NCBI GenBank assembly: GCA_038205935.1
Contig: JBBRBK010000009.1
Span: 1 to 46,879, forward strand
Direction: 5' to 3'
Length of the DNA: 46,879 bases
Origin: Campylobacterales bacterium
GTDB lineage: Bacteria > Campylobacterota > Campylobacteria > Campylobacterales > Sulfurimonadaceae
Shown in pieces: positions 29,523 through 39,925 of this stretch (position 1 is its first letter; each line of letters begins with the position of its first letter). Under the pieces are notes generated by a model that was not told the origin of the DNA, ran no database searches, and saw only the letters and a program-made list of their open reading frames with translations. The translations under genes were made by a program, and so were the position numbers.

Positions 29523-30114
29523 ATATAAAGTTCTTTTAGCCGTTTTGATGCTGGCTTTTTTTTTGTTCGTGCCTTTGGCTAGCTCACTTTTTTTTAGTTC
29601 TCACACAAACGGTGTCATATCAGTGGATAAAAAAATTCAAGCTGACTATATTCAAAGTGACAAACATATTATCTTGGTATTTTTTGGATATGTTGGATGT
29701 GAAAAAGTTTGTACACCAATATTACAAAACTTGGCAAACTTGTATGCATCGAAAAAATTTGACGCGTTTAGAGATAAAATAGATATCTATTTTATAAATC
29801 TAACACCGCAGATAGATCCAACTGCGCCAAATCTTTTTGCAAAATATTTTAATAAAGATTTTAAAGGTGTCTATCTTAGCCAACAAGAACTGTTCAAGAT
29901 AGATAGAAACTTTGGAGTATTTTTTTCAAAAAGTCTCGAAGATAAAGAGGAACTCAACCATACAGATAACATTTTTCTTCTTGAAAATATAGCTGGAAAT
30001 TTGAGACTCAAAAAAATATATACAACACATCCATTGAATGAAACTAAGATAACAGAGGATATAATGCAAATGTTATCAAGTAAAAATACAAAGGCAGAAG
30101 TGTCTCATGAATAA
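29512..30114 (+). CDS. SCO1/SenC family copper chaperone / thiol protein
   Basis: N-terminal anchor, FFGYVGCEKVC.P (CxxxC), distal His in NHTD. Confidence 0.88.
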   Translation: MKSKYKVLLAVLMLAFFLFVPLASSLFFSSHTNGVISVDKKIQADYIQSDKHIILVFFGYVGCEKVCTPILQNLANLYASKKFDAFRDKIDIYFINLTPQIDPTAPNLFAKYFNKDFKGVYLSQQELFKIDRNFGVFFSKSLEDKEELNHTDNIFLLENIAGNLRLKKIYTTHPLNETKITEDIMQMLSSKNTKAEVSHE

Positions 30115-32026
30115 TACATTTAAAACATTTTTCAAATGCCCTACAATCCCGCAATATGCAGAGTCGAGCATTACTCTTTTTAATACAAAAGCGGACAAAG
30201 TAATGCTTTCCTTGCTTGTTGTTCAATGGTTTATTGCGACCTTTGTCACATCCATAGCGTATGACACTTACAGTTACGGTTTTTTCAGTGGTGCTTTGAT
30301 TGTTTTACCAATGCTTTTTTTATACAAATACCTCAAAGGCGACAGATACTATAGGATCTTTGTCGCCATTGCACTAATGCTCTTTTCCATCGTCTATATA
30401 CAACAGTATCTTGGCCGTATTGAGATGCATTTTTATATATTTATTGCTATGGCGATCCTAACCCTCTATAAGGATATAGTTCCTCTTATCGTTGCAGCAA
30501 CCGTCACGATTTTGCATCATCTTATTTTTAACTATCTACAACTATATGAAGTATCACTTTTTGATATGCCTGTCATGATATTTAACTATGGTTGCGGATT
30601 TGATATTGTCATTTTACATGCAATCTTTGTTATCAGTGAGCTGTTCATTCTTGGCTATATCATAAGATTGCAAGTAGAACACAGTATAGATCTCAACACA
30701 ACTCAAAGTAGAGTCAATGAACTTAATTCTGAATTACAATATACATCTTCGCATGACATGCTTACAGGTCTTCCAAATAGAATCTATCTCCACGAACAGC
30801 TTCAAAATATAAAAAATCTTTCTGAAACTAATAATAAGAGATTTGCACTTATATTTTTAGATCTTGACCATTTTAAAAACATCAATGACACACTCGGACA
30901 CGATGTAGGTGATGCACTTTTAAAAACTGTGGCAAATATACTAACGGTAAATGTACCAAAAGAGAGTCTTATCACTAGAATAGGCGGCGATGAATTTATA
31001 CTAGTCATCTCTAACTTTGAAGATCCAAGCGAGATACTTCCTATTATCAATATTCTCTTGCAAGAGTTTAGAAATGAGCTCTTAATAAAAGGATATTCTC
31101 TTAGACTCTCCGCAAGTATGGGCATATCCATCTATCCTAATGACTCTACAAATATAAAAGAGCTTATGAAATATTCTGATATCGCTATGTATAAAGCCAA
31201 AAGTGATGGACGCGATAACTTTAGCTTCTTCACCCAATCGCTAAACAATAAGATCCATCAAGAAGTAGATCTTATCAATGATATGCAAAGAGCATATTAT
31301 GATAATGAATTTGAACTCTACTATCAGCCAAAAGTCGATGTGAAAACGCAAAAGATCATAGGTGCAGAGGCACTTATTCGTTGGAATCACAAAACACGCG
31401 GTATGATTGGACCAAACATCTTTATAGCACTTGCTGAGAGCACAGGTTTTATACTTAGTCTTGGTAAGTTTGTCATTGGGCAAAGTGCAAAAGATATCAA
31501 AGAGTTCAGTTCACTTGGCTTGAAAAATCTTAAGATATCAATCAATGTATCGACGAGACAATTTCAAAATGGGGATCTTTATACAGATTTGAAAAGTGCA
31601 CTGCAACAAAGTGAGATCGATCCAAAACAGTTAGGCATTGAGATAACAGAAAGCATAATGATGCAACATGTAAGTAAGACAATAGCAACATTACAAAGCA
31701 TTAAAGATCTTGGAATATCGATCTATATTGATGATTTTGGTACGGGATATTCTTCGTTGGCATATCTCAAAAGCTTTCCAATTGACACGCTTAAAATAGA
31801 TAAAACATTCGTAGATGATATTTGTGAAAATGAAAGTAATGATGGAATCATCCTCAATACTATTCTTGCAATGGGCAAATCTTTAGGTTTAAAAGTGATT
31901 GCCGAGGGTGTTGAAGAAAAATATCAATTTGAATATTTAAAAGAGAAAGAGTGCGATATCATCCAAGGATATTACTTTGCCAAACCTATGAAAAAAGAAG
32001 ATTTCATAGCTTTACTTCAAAAATAA
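30107..32026 (+). CDS. Membrane-bound GGDEF-EAL c-di-GMP enzyme
   Basis: About 6 TM N-terminus. HDMLTGLPNR, RIGGDEF, AEALIRW, IDDFGTGYSSL, AEGVE are all intact. Confidence 0.93.
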   Translation: MNNTFKTFFKCPTIPQYAESSITLFNTKADKVMLSLLVVQWFIATFVTSIAYDTYSYGFFSGALIVLPMLFLYKYLKGDRYYRIFVAIALMLFSIVYIQQYLGRIEMHFYIFIAMAILTLYKDIVPLIVAATVTILHHLIFNYLQLYEVSLFDMPVMIFNYGCGFDIVILHAIFVISELFILGYIIRLQVEHSIDLNTTQSRVNELNSELQYTSSHDMLTGLPNRIYLHEQLQNIKNLSETNNKRFALIFLDLDHFKNINDTLGHDVGDALLKTVANILTVNVPKESLITRIGGDEFILVISNFEDPSEILPIINILLQEFRNELLIKGYSLRLSASMGISIYPNDSTNIKELMKYSDIAMYKAKSDGRDNFSFFTQSLNNKIHQEVDLINDMQRAYYDNEFELYYQPKVDVKTQKIIGAEALIRWNHKTRGMIGPNIFIALAESTGFILSLGKFVIGQSAKDIKEFSSLGLKNLKISINVSTRQFQNGDLYTDLKSALQQSEIDPKQLGIEITESIMMQHVSKTIATLQSIKDLGISIYIDDFGTGYSSLAYLKSFPIDTLKIDKTFVDDICENESNDGIILNTILAMGKSLGLKVIAEGVEEKYQFEYLKEKECDIIQGYYFAKPMKKEDFIALLQK

Positions 32027-32048
32027 ACCTTTACGTGATGAGGATATT

Positions 32049-32618
32049 TTAAACTCGCACTCTATCTTCTAAAGCGCGTGTGAGTGAAAGAATATCGATG
32101 TTTTCAAGACTAACACCTGTTGGAACGCCTTGCGCTATTTTTGTAAAATGAAGATCATAATCTCTGAGTTTATCTTCTATATAGAGTATCACAGCATCAT
32201 TTTGAATAGATGGTGTAAGGGCAAAGATTACCTCACTTACACCGCTTGAGACCATATCTTGAAGATGCGAGATATCAAGCTGTTCAAGCGAATCAAGAAC
32301 AAAATATCTGCCATCAAAAAGAGCATTTTCTTCAAAAGTCAAAATATCTTTTGCATTTTCAACGATACATAAAACCTCTATATCTCTTGATGTATCACTG
32401 CATATAGCGCAGAGTTCATCTTCACTCATGCCGCCGCATGAGATACATTTTTTCAAACTTCCCACCGCATTTTCTATGGCATGAGCGAGTTTAATGGCAT
32501 TGAAACTATCTTTCATCACCATATGATATGCAAGGCGAATAGCTGATTTTTTGCCTATTGTAGGCAGCTCTTCGAGACACTCTACAAGACGGTTAAACTT
32601 TTCTAATGATCTTTTCAT
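32049..32618 (-). CDS. recR: Recombination mediator RecR
   Basis: LPTIGKKSA.R, C4 zinc finger, Toprim CIVE, IAQGVP.G. Start re-assigned to ATG 32618 (ATGA overlap with the mltA stop). Confidence 0.95.
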   Translation of the reverse strand: MKRSLEKFNRLVECLEELPTIGKKSAIRLAYHMVMKDSFNAIKLAHAIENAVGSLKKCISCGGMSEDELCAICSDTSRDIEVLCIVENAKDILTFEENALFDGRYFVLDSLEQLDISHLQDMVSSGVSEVIFALTPSIQNDAVILYIEDKLRDYDLHFTKIAQGVPTGVSLENIDILSLTRALEDRVRV

Positions 32619-33913
32619 TGCACTTGAACTTTTGGCAAGAATATCCACATTTTTAGTTTTGCTTTGAGATTCCCAGCGATTGCTAAAGCCTGCTTTCCAT
32701 ACCCTGTAAAAAGATCTGCTCGTATTGCCGACTTAATCGCAGCGCCTCTATCTTGGGCAAAAACAATATTTTTTATAGAATGTTTATAATCTTGTGCGTC
32801 AATCAAAAGCATACTTCCAAGTGGAACATACGCACTATCAACTGCAACTGAACGCATAGGAGTCAAAGGAACACCAAGAGAACCCGTAACATTAGTAGAA
32901 TCTCTTTGTTTGAAATAAACAACTCTCTCATTTTGATTTAATACACTATCTATTTTATCTGGATTTTTATGCGCCCAAGCTTTGATATCTTGTAGTGACA
33001 TATGATCTTGACTCATATATCCTTTGGCTATCAAATATTTTCCAATTGATGTATATTTTTGTCCATTTGTACCGTTATAACCTACATAAAGCGTTGTATT
33101 TGTATCTAGATTAACACGTCCTGAACCTTGGATTTCAAGAAAAAAAGCGTCGATTTTATCATCAACATAACATAAAGTAGGCGTATTGAGAGTATTGACA
33201 TCTGCTCTTGAATTATCTTGTGTCGTGCTGCTATTTGCTTCAGTATGAACAACAGGAGATTCTACGCTTGCAGTTTTGAGCGGTTTTTGATAAATTGGAT
33301 AAATATACTTGTCATGCTTTGTCAAAGAACCGTGAAGTTCAGGCTCATAATAGCCAGTTAGGACACCCTCGTCTTTTTGATTATCTATAATCTTATAGAG
33401 TTTAAAATTCTTTTTAATAAACACTTTTTTATCGCTTACATGTAAAGCAGTATCACAAAGAGAACCATACATCTTTCGTGTTGTTGCACTCTTACAGTTG
33501 TTGATAAAAATATCAACGACTTCATCAAAGTTTTCATTGTCAAACTGTACAACTTCACTAATATTTGAAGTATTTTGCGGAAGTTCTGAGATAGTATTAT
33601 CTGTTTTTGAAAGATCTTTACTAACATATTCCAGCGGGCTTGACTTGATCTGCATACTCTTGACTTGCATGGCATGTGTAGGCTTCACTTTTGGAATTTT
33701 CACTACTTCAACTTTTGCTATTTCAGCTTTTGTTACAGGTACCGGCTGGAGTTCTACAACTTTTGTCTTTTCCTCAGCTTGCACTTGTTTTAATTCTGGA
33801 GCTTTTATGACTTGTTCAGCAACTGAGGAGGGTTCTATTGGTTTTACCTCTTCAGCAGTGCTTGCACATCCAACGAAGAAAAAAGCGATTAAAAAATAAA
33901 AAATTATTCTCAT
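32615..33913 (-). CDS. mltA: Membrane-bound lytic murein transglycosylase A (lipoprotein)
   Basis: Lipobox VGC, TGYYEP, FFLEIQGSG, SVAVD, AQDRGAAIK, RADLFTG (3D domain). Confidence 0.92.
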   Translation of the reverse strand: MRIIFYFLIAFFFVGCASTAEEVKPIEPSSVAEQVIKAPELKQVQAEEKTKVVELQPVPVTKAEIAKVEVVKIPKVKPTHAMQVKSMQIKSSPLEYVSKDLSKTDNTISELPQNTSNISEVVQFDNENFDEVVDIFINNCKSATTRKMYGSLCDTALHVSDKKVFIKKNFKLYKIIDNQKDEGVLTGYYEPELHGSLTKHDKYIYPIYQKPLKTASVESPVVHTEANSSTTQDNSRADVNTLNTPTLCYVDDKIDAFFLEIQGSGRVNLDTNTTLYVGYNGTNGQKYTSIGKYLIAKGYMSQDHMSLQDIKAWAHKNPDKIDSVLNQNERVVYFKQRDSTNVTGSLGVPLTPMRSVAVDSAYVPLGSMLLIDAQDYKHSIKNIVFAQDRGAAIKSAIRADLFTGYGKQALAIAGNLKAKLKMWIFLPKVQVQ

Positions 33914-36723
33914 TTATATCTACTAAGCTCTTTTGCAAGATACTCACCTGTATAACTTCCTGTTTCTTTATAGCTTTGCGCGACTTCTTCAGGAGTTCCC
34001 ATAGAGATAATATCTCCACCGCCGCTCCCGCCCTCAGGCCCCATATCTATGACATAATCCGCATTTTTTATCATATCAAGATTATGTTCGATGACAAGGA
34101 CACTGTTGCCAAGTTCTACAAAGTTATGCAGCACTTTTGTTAAGCGGTTGACATCATCAAAATGAAGGCCAGTTGTCGGTTCATCAAGAATATAAAGTGT
34201 TTTTCCTGTGTCTTTACGGCTTAACTCTTTTGAGAGTTTTATACGTTGTGCCTCTCCGCCAGAAAGTGTCGTTGCATTTTGTCCAAGCGTGATATAACCA
34301 AGACCTACATCAAAAAGTGTCTGCATTTTTATCTTGATCTTTGGAATCGGATCAAAAAATTCTAAGGCTTCAGCAACGCTCATATTTAAAACATCTGAGA
34401 TACTTTTACCTTTATAGTGCACTTCTAGAGTCTGGAAGTTATAGCGAGTGCCTTTACAAGAATCACACTTGACCATAATGTCTGGTAAAAAGTGCATCTC
34501 GATCTTTATCTCGCCCTCACCTTGACATTTCTCACAGCGTCCACCTTTAACATTAAAGCTAAATCTCGAACTTGTGTAACCGCGGATATTAGCTTCTTTT
34601 GTCTTTGCAAAAAGAATACGTATCTCATCCATTACACCCGTATAAGTCGCTGGATTACTTCTTGGAGTACGACCTATTGGACTTTGATCAAGATAGATCA
34701 CTTTATCGACATATTCAAGTCCCTCTATCTCAACACCTGCGATTTTTTTTACTTTTCTTGCATGGTTGAGAAGCTCTCTTGCTGTTGGTAAAAGCGTTTG
34801 AAGGATCAATGAACTCTTTCCACTTCCACTTACTCCGGTGATACATGTAAAGTTATTGAGTGGAATTTTTGCACTCAAATCATTAATATTGTTGAGTGTT
34901 ACATTTTTTATCTCTATATATTTTTCTTGGGGACGTCTATAAAAGTACTTGATATCTTTACGTCCTGTCATATAGTCAGCTGTGAGAGTATCTGCTTTTT
35001 TAAGTTCTTCATAAGTTCCAGCAAACACGACCTCTCCACCAAATTTTCCAGCTCCCGGTCCAATATCTACAATGTAGTCAGCATTTTCGATGGTCTCTTT
35101 GTCATGCTCAACAACGATAACGCTATTTCCCTTTTCTTGTAATGAACGAAGTGTTCGAATAAGCTTTAAAGTATCACGCTCATGGAGTCCGATACTCGGC
35201 TCATCTAACACATATAAAACACCTGTTAAACCACTTCCTATCTGAGAAGCGATGCGAATACGCTGAGCTTCTCCGCCACTGATAGTCCTTGCATCTCGGC
35301 CAAGCGTGATATATCCAAGGCCAACGTCAAACAAAAAGTAAAGACGCTCACGTATCTCATTTAAAATAGGAGCGGAGATCATCTTATATTTGTCGCTCAG
35401 ATGAGAAAAATTGTCCTCATTTTTGAACCATTCATAGCTTTTATTAATTGGCATATCCAAAATCTCGGCTATTGGCTGACCCGAAACCTTAACAGCCAAG
35501 CTTTCAAGTTTCAATCGGTGAGATTCACATACATTACACACTTTTTCACTCATATAATCTGCAAGTTCTTTGTCATCTTTGAACATATCATAAGCAATTT
35601 TGATGATCCCAGGCCAAATGCGTTTTACTGGATGTCCTTTCCAGAGAAAGGTTACTTCCTCGATACCACCGTGCAAAATCGCTTTTTTCTGATACTCTTC
35701 AAGCTCCGAAAAAGGAACTTTAATATCGATTTTATTTTCCGCGCAGAAACCTTTGAGAAAAGTAAAATAATATCCCTTATTAAAGCCATATACAATTTTA
35801 ACAGCTCCAGTTTCAATAGTGAGGTCACCATCAATAATCTTGTCATTATCAAGCGCATAACGGACACCAAGACCATCACATTCAGGACAAGCACCTTTGG
35901 GTGAATTAAAGGAAAAAGAAAGAGGTTCAAGTTCATCGAAACTGATTTTACAGTCAAAACACGCATTGTGTTCGCTGTAATGAATGCTTGCGTCTTTAAG
36001 TCCTAATTCTTCGTGATTTAAGATATCTATCTCGACCTCGCCATAACTTTGTTTGAGTGCTTTTTCCACATCTTGCGCGATACGATCTTTATTTTCTTCA
36101 CTTATCACAAGGCGATCTATGACGACTTTGATGGTATGTTTTTTAGTTTTAGAGAGTTCTATCTCTTCATCAAGTCTAACCATAACACCATCTATCATCG
36201 CTCTGACATACCCTTTTTGTACCAAAGATTCTAAAATCTCTCCAAATGAGCCTTTTTTCTCTCTTGCAATCGGAGCTAAGATAACGACTTTCGCACCCTC
36301 TGGAAGTTTTAAAACTTCGTTGATAATATCCTCAGCACTCATCTGCGTTATCTTTTTGCCACACTGATGACAATGTTGCACGCCAACACGAGCATATAAA
36401 AGACGAAGATAATCGTAGATTTCAGTAATTGTTCCCACCGTTGAGCGAGGATTTTTAGAGGTTGTTTTTTGATCTATCGCGATTGCGGGAGTAAGTCCTT
36501 CTATCTTATCAACATCAGGTTTTCCGATGCGGTCTAAGAACTGCCTTGCATACGAAGAAAGTGACTCTATATAGCGTCTTTGTCCCTCAGCGTACAGTGT
36601 GTCAAAAGCAAGTGTAGACTTTCCGCTTCCGCTCAAACCTGTACAGACGACAAGCTTATTTTTTGGTATTTCCAAAGAGATATTTTTTAAATTATTTTCA
36701 CGCGCACCATATATTTTTATCAT
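33910..36723 (-). CDS. uvrA: Excinuclease ABC subunit A
   Basis: Two ABC ATPase modules ([24 protein letters not shown]) and zinc fingers. Confidence 0.99.
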   Translation of the reverse strand: MIKIYGARENNLKNISLEIPKNKLVVCTGLSGSGKSTLAFDTLYAEGQRRYIESLSSYARQFLDRIGKPDVDKIEGLTPAIAIDQKTTSKNPRSTVGTITEIYDYLRLLYARVGVQHCHQCGKKITQMSAEDIINEVLKLPEGAKVVILAPIAREKKGSFGEILESLVQKGYVRAMIDGVMVRLDEEIELSKTKKHTIKVVIDRLVISEENKDRIAQDVEKALKQSYGEVEIDILNHEELGLKDASIHYSEHNACFDCKISFDELEPLSFSFNSPKGACPECDGLGVRYALDNDKIIDGDLTIETGAVKIVYGFNKGYYFTFLKGFCAENKIDIKVPFSELEEYQKKAILHGGIEEVTFLWKGHPVKRIWPGIIKIAYDMFKDDKELADYMSEKVCNVCESHRLKLESLAVKVSGQPIAEILDMPINKSYEWFKNEDNFSHLSDKYKMISAPILNEIRERLYFLFDVGLGYITLGRDARTISGGEAQRIRIASQIGSGLTGVLYVLDEPSIGLHERDTLKLIRTLRSLQEKGNSVIVVEHDKETIENADYIVDIGPGAGKFGGEVVFAGTYEELKKADTLTADYMTGRKDIKYFYRRPQEKYIEIKNVTLNNINDLSAKIPLNNFTCITGVSGSGKSSLILQTLLPTARELLNHARKVKKIAGVEIEGLEYVDKVIYLDQSPIGRTPRSNPATYTGVMDEIRILFAKTKEANIRGYTSSRFSFNVKGGRCEKCQGEGEIKIEMHFLPDIMVKCDSCKGTRYNFQTLEVHYKGKSISDVLNMSVAEALEFFDPIPKIKIKMQTLFDVGLGYITLGQNATTLSGGEAQRIKLSKELSRKDTGKTLYILDEPTTGLHFDDVNRLTKVLHNFVELGNSVLVIEHNLDMIKNADYVIDMGPEGGSGGGDIISMGTPEEVAQSYKETGSYTGEYLAKELSRYK

Positions 36724-36726
36724 TTA

Positions 36727-37467
36727 TTATCCCTGCAAAAAAAATGTTTTATAGGTCAAGTAGCTGACCACACCGACATAAAACAAAACAAGTAATTTTC
36801 GTTGTAATGTTTCATGAGTTGAATGTTTTAACATCACCCCAAAGTATACGCCCACTAGCGACGCAATTCCTATGATCAAACCCGTACGATAATCGATCAT
36901 TCCATGAAGGCTTTGTGATATAAATCCCGAAACGGAGGAAAAAACAACAAAGAAAAGCCCTGCTGAAGTCGCTTTTTTGAGACTTACATGAAAGAATCCA
37001 ACCAAAATAGGCACAAGTAAAACAGATCCTCCCACACCAATCGAAATACTAATCATTCCAAGGAAAAAACCTATGATAAAAAGAATAATCGGATGTGCTT
37101 TTTTTTCACCTTTATGTTCTTTTACTTTAAAAAAAAGTCTCAAAAGTGCAAAAGTAGAAAAACTTATAAAAATGATCTGTAGTATTTTTGCATCTACATT
37201 GGCTACTATGAAACCACTAAACAACGCTCCAATAAATCCGCCTGAGCCAATAATGGAGACCATTTTTACATCTAAAGTGCCTTTTTTAAGATTTAAATAG
37301 CTCCCATAAATGGAGCTAAACACCATCTGCACGACAGAAATTCCAATGGCAGCTTTCATATCATAACCTAGAAATAGAAGCAAAGGAACTAAAATAGTCC
37401 CACCACCTACGCCAAAAAACCCTGACAAAAACCCAACAAAACCGCCAAGTAATAGTAGTTCTGCCAT
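36727..37467 (-). CDS. TauE/SafE (TSUP) family membrane transporter
   Basis: Duplicated G..G.GGG...VP motif, about 8 TM. Confidence 0.88.
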   Translation of the reverse strand: MAELLLLGGFVGFLSGFFGVGGGTILVPLLLFLGYDMKAAIGISVVQMVFSSIYGSYLNLKKGTLDVKMVSIIGSGGFIGALFSGFIVANVDAKILQIIFISFSTFALLRLFFKVKEHKGEKKAHPIILFIIGFFLGMISISIGVGGSVLLVPILVGFFHVSLKKATSAGLFFVVFSSVSGFISQSLHGMIDYRTGLIIGIASLVGVYFGVMLKHSTHETLQRKLLVLFYVGVVSYLTYKTFFLQG

Positions 37468-37602
37468 GCACTCTCTTCACGCTTAATTTTCCCTCGATTA
37501 TACCCAAGAATAGCTTATGAAGACGTATAGTTGGAAAGTGTATTAATTTAATTTTAGGTTTGTATAACGTATAATCTACTAAATTTTGCAACTTGGACAA
37601 AA

Positions 37603-38022
37603 ATGTTATCTATAATTACAAAAGCGGCGACAAATTTTTGTGAACATCAAATAAGAGAGCCCTACACTTTTAAAACCACCATTCCAAAAATGAGAATGCT
37701 TATTGCTAGTATAGAAATAGTTGAAAACGAAAAACCTCATACAGTCTATGTTGCTTTGTCAAAAGAGCTTGTACAAAGCGTTTGTGGGATCTTTCTTTTT
37801 GAAGATGAAAGTGACGATGAAACGCTTCACGACATGTTGCTTGAAACGACGAATATGATCGTCGGAAGCGCAAAAGTTTTGGCTCAAGATGAAAATAATG
37901 CAAAAGTTTTTAATATTAAAACTCCACTGTTTTTAGAGACGAAAAGATTCAATTATTTATGCGATGCAATGAATAGAATCTCTTTAAAAAATGGCAGTAT
38001 ACTCATAGCGATTAAGGAATAA
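37603..38022 (+). CDS. CheX-like chemotaxis phosphatase family protein
   Basis: D...ETTNMIVGSAK (ExxN motif), TP. Lies upstream of fliN. TATAAT at 37570-37575. Confidence 0.7.
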   Translation: MLSIITKAATNFCEHQIREPYTFKTTIPKMRMLIASIEIVENEKPHTVYVALSKELVQSVCGIFLFEDESDDETLHDMLLETTNMIVGSAKVLAQDENNAKVFNIKTPLFLETKRFNYLCDAMNRISLKNGSILIAIKE

Positions 38023-38023
38023 A

Positions 38024-38344
38024 ATGCCCTACCATAGTGAGAAAGAGTTTAATGAAGAAGAAGAACTTTCATGGATGAATTATGAAGGTCTTTTAGATAT
38101 GGAAGTCGAGTTTGTTGCAGATCTTGGAGAAACACAACTCACTATCAGTGAAATACTTAAACTTGAAAAAGGCTCTGTCATTGACCTTAAAAAACCTGCC
38201 GGCGAAAGCGTAGAATCTTATGTTAATGGCCGTATTTTAGGTAAAGGCGAAGTCATGGTCTATGAAAAAAATCTTGCAATCCGTATCAATGAAGTGCTTA
38301 ATTCCAGTGCTGTCTTATACCATTTATCGAAGGAAAAACTATGA
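38024..38344 (+). CDS. fliN: Flagellar motor switch protein FliN
   Basis: SpoA domain: LLD...ADLG...ILKL..GSVIDL.K.AGE...VNG...GKGEV. Confidence 0.93.
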   Translation: MPYHSEKEFNEEEELSWMNYEGLLDMEVEFVADLGETQLTISEILKLEKGSVIDLKKPAGESVESYVNGRILGKGEVMVYEKNLAIRINEVLNSSAVLYHLSKEKL

Positions 38345-39216
38345 AAAAAATTCTCTTTTTACTCTTAATCCCTTTTATGCTTTTTGCATCAAAGATACTC
38401 AGTTACAACGTTTATGAAAGAAGTGACAGAGTAGATGTGATGCTAACTTTTGACACGCCTTATGATGGTGTTATCTCCCAACAAACACTCGATGGTAAGA
38501 TCATTATCAAGCTTGAGGGTGCATCTATTGAGTCTGAAAAGGCAAAGTCTTTAAATTCTAAGTTTATCTCGCAGTTAACTATCAGCCCAATCACAAGTTA
38601 TACACAAATCGCAGCTGTTGTCCCAAATGATGTGCAAGTGCAGGCTTCAAAAACTGTAGATTCTTATGGTTTAAGACTAAGATTTGATAAACAAGGAGCT
38701 GCCGCTACAGAACCAAATGCCACAGCAGCCTCAACTGCTTTACCTACAGGACCTGATCTACAAATATCTGCTGGATACTATGTTGTTATGGCTATATTGC
38801 TTGTCACACTTGGCTTTGTTTTTTATCTTAAAAAGAAGATGGGAGCCGTCATCTCTCAAACTAAGCCGAGCGCTTCAAGTACAAAACCACTCAAAAAACC
38901 TTGGATGTTTGGTGGTAAAACTGAAGTACATGAAGATTTGCAAGTACGTTTTTCAAAACAGCTTGATCAAGTAAACAGAATTGTCATGGTTGATTATGGC
39001 CATCTCAGCTATCTGATCCTCGCAGGTCAAAGCAATATCTTGCTTGACAAGTTCGAAGATGATAAGCCACTCAACAAAAATGAATTCGAAGAGTTGCTCA
39101 GAGATAGAAATGATGAACTCACTGCAATATTAAACAGCGGGCCTAAAGAGAAAGAACCTTTCCAGACCTACAAAGAAAAAGCCGCATCCATCGCTTACGA
39201 TGCTTACGACGCTTAA
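38341..39216 (+). CDS. FliO-like flagellar biogenesis protein with large periplasmic domain
   Basis: Signal peptide, RVDVMLTFDTPY periplasmic domain, TM, then F.KQLD..N...YLIL FliO-like segment. Lies downstream of fliN. Confidence 0.65.
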   Translation: MKKILFLLLIPFMLFASKILSYNVYERSDRVDVMLTFDTPYDGVISQQTLDGKIIIKLEGASIESEKAKSLNSKFISQLTISPITSYTQIAAVVPNDVQVQASKTVDSYGLRLRFDKQGAAATEPNATAASTALPTGPDLQISAGYYVVMAILLVTLGFVFYLKKKMGAVISQTKPSASSTKPLKKPWMFGGKTEVHEDLQVRFSKQLDQVNRIVMVDYGHLSYLILAGQSNILLDKFEDDKPLNKNEFEELLRDRNDELTAILNSGPKEKEPFQTYKEKAASIAYDAYDA

Positions 39217-39229
39217 AAACTAAAAGAGT

Positions 39230-39925
39230 TTAGTTAGAAAAAAGATTTCTAAACTCTTTTGCTCCATCTTTACTTGATTCTATCGCATCAGAAATCCCAT
39301 TAAATGAAAACCTTAGTTTACTCTGCTCTATCGTGCTCATCTCTTTTATCTTATCAGGGTTGATAAGATAGGAGCGGTGAATTTGTATAAATCCATATCC
39401 TTTTAACTTGGTTTGCAGATCAGAAATTTTCTGTGAAGAGTAAGAAAATCCGCTTGATGTACGAAGCATCACCTCTGTCAAATCTGCTTTGACATAAAAA
39501 ATATCTTCAGGTTTGAGCAGATAGTAGTGCTCCCCATTTTTACTCATCAACTTGTATGTTCCCTCACTCTCTTTTTGCTTTACCACCCGAGAAAGTGTTG
39601 CTGAGAGCTGGTCTATACTAAAAGGCTTCACTAAATATCCAACAGCTCCAATCTCAAAAGCTTCTAGCGCGTGCTCTTCATAGGCTGTTTGGAAAATGAT
39701 GGCAATACTATTTTTGAGATATTTGAGTTCATGACCGAGTTCTATGCCACTCACACCTGGCATATTGATATCAAGAAGGACAAGATCTAGCTCATTTTCT
39801 CTCACTTTTTCTATGGCTTCATCCGCATTTATAGCCTCGAAAATATCTTTATATCCAAGCGTTATAAGCATACGTATCACACGGGCGCGGGCGAGTTGTT
39901 CATCATCAACTACGAGTATTTTCAT
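39230..39925 (-). CDS. LytTR family response regulator
   Basis: VDDE, LDINMP, TAY..HALEAFE, YLVKP, FIQIHRSYLIN. Confidence 0.93.
   Translation of the reverse strand: MKILVVDDEQLARARVIRMLITLGYKDIFEAINADEAIEKVRENELDLVLLDINMPGVSGIELGHELKYLKNSIAIIFQTAYEEHALEAFEIGAVGYLVKPFSIDQLSATLSRVVKQKESEGTYKLMSKNGEHYYLLKPEDIFYVKADLTEVMLRTSSGFSYSSQKISDLQTKLKGYGFIQIHRSYLINPDKIKEMSTIEQSKLRFSFNGISDAIESSKDGAKEFRNLFSN

Noticed and set aside
29556..29595. T9 and T8 tracts in the sco 5' end (also T9 at 6461-6469) as phase-variation sites
   Set aside because: Poly-T runs are common in this AT-rich DNA and encode Phe-rich TM segments. The frame is intact, and Campylobacterota phase variation typically uses poly-G/C tracts, none of which were seen.
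37557..37584. dif-like sequence GGTTTGTATAA-CGTATA-ATCTACTAAAT (20/28 to E. coli dif)
   Set aside because: The normally near-invariant XerD arm (TTATGTTAAAT) has four mismatches. The stretch is AT-rich and contains the TATAAT -10 box of the cheX-fliN promoter.
39193..39235. 9-bp tandem GCTTACGAY repeat and AACTAAA/TTTAGTT hairpin at the fliO-like/lytTR junction
   Set aside because: Too short and AT-rich to support a function. At most a weak terminator.
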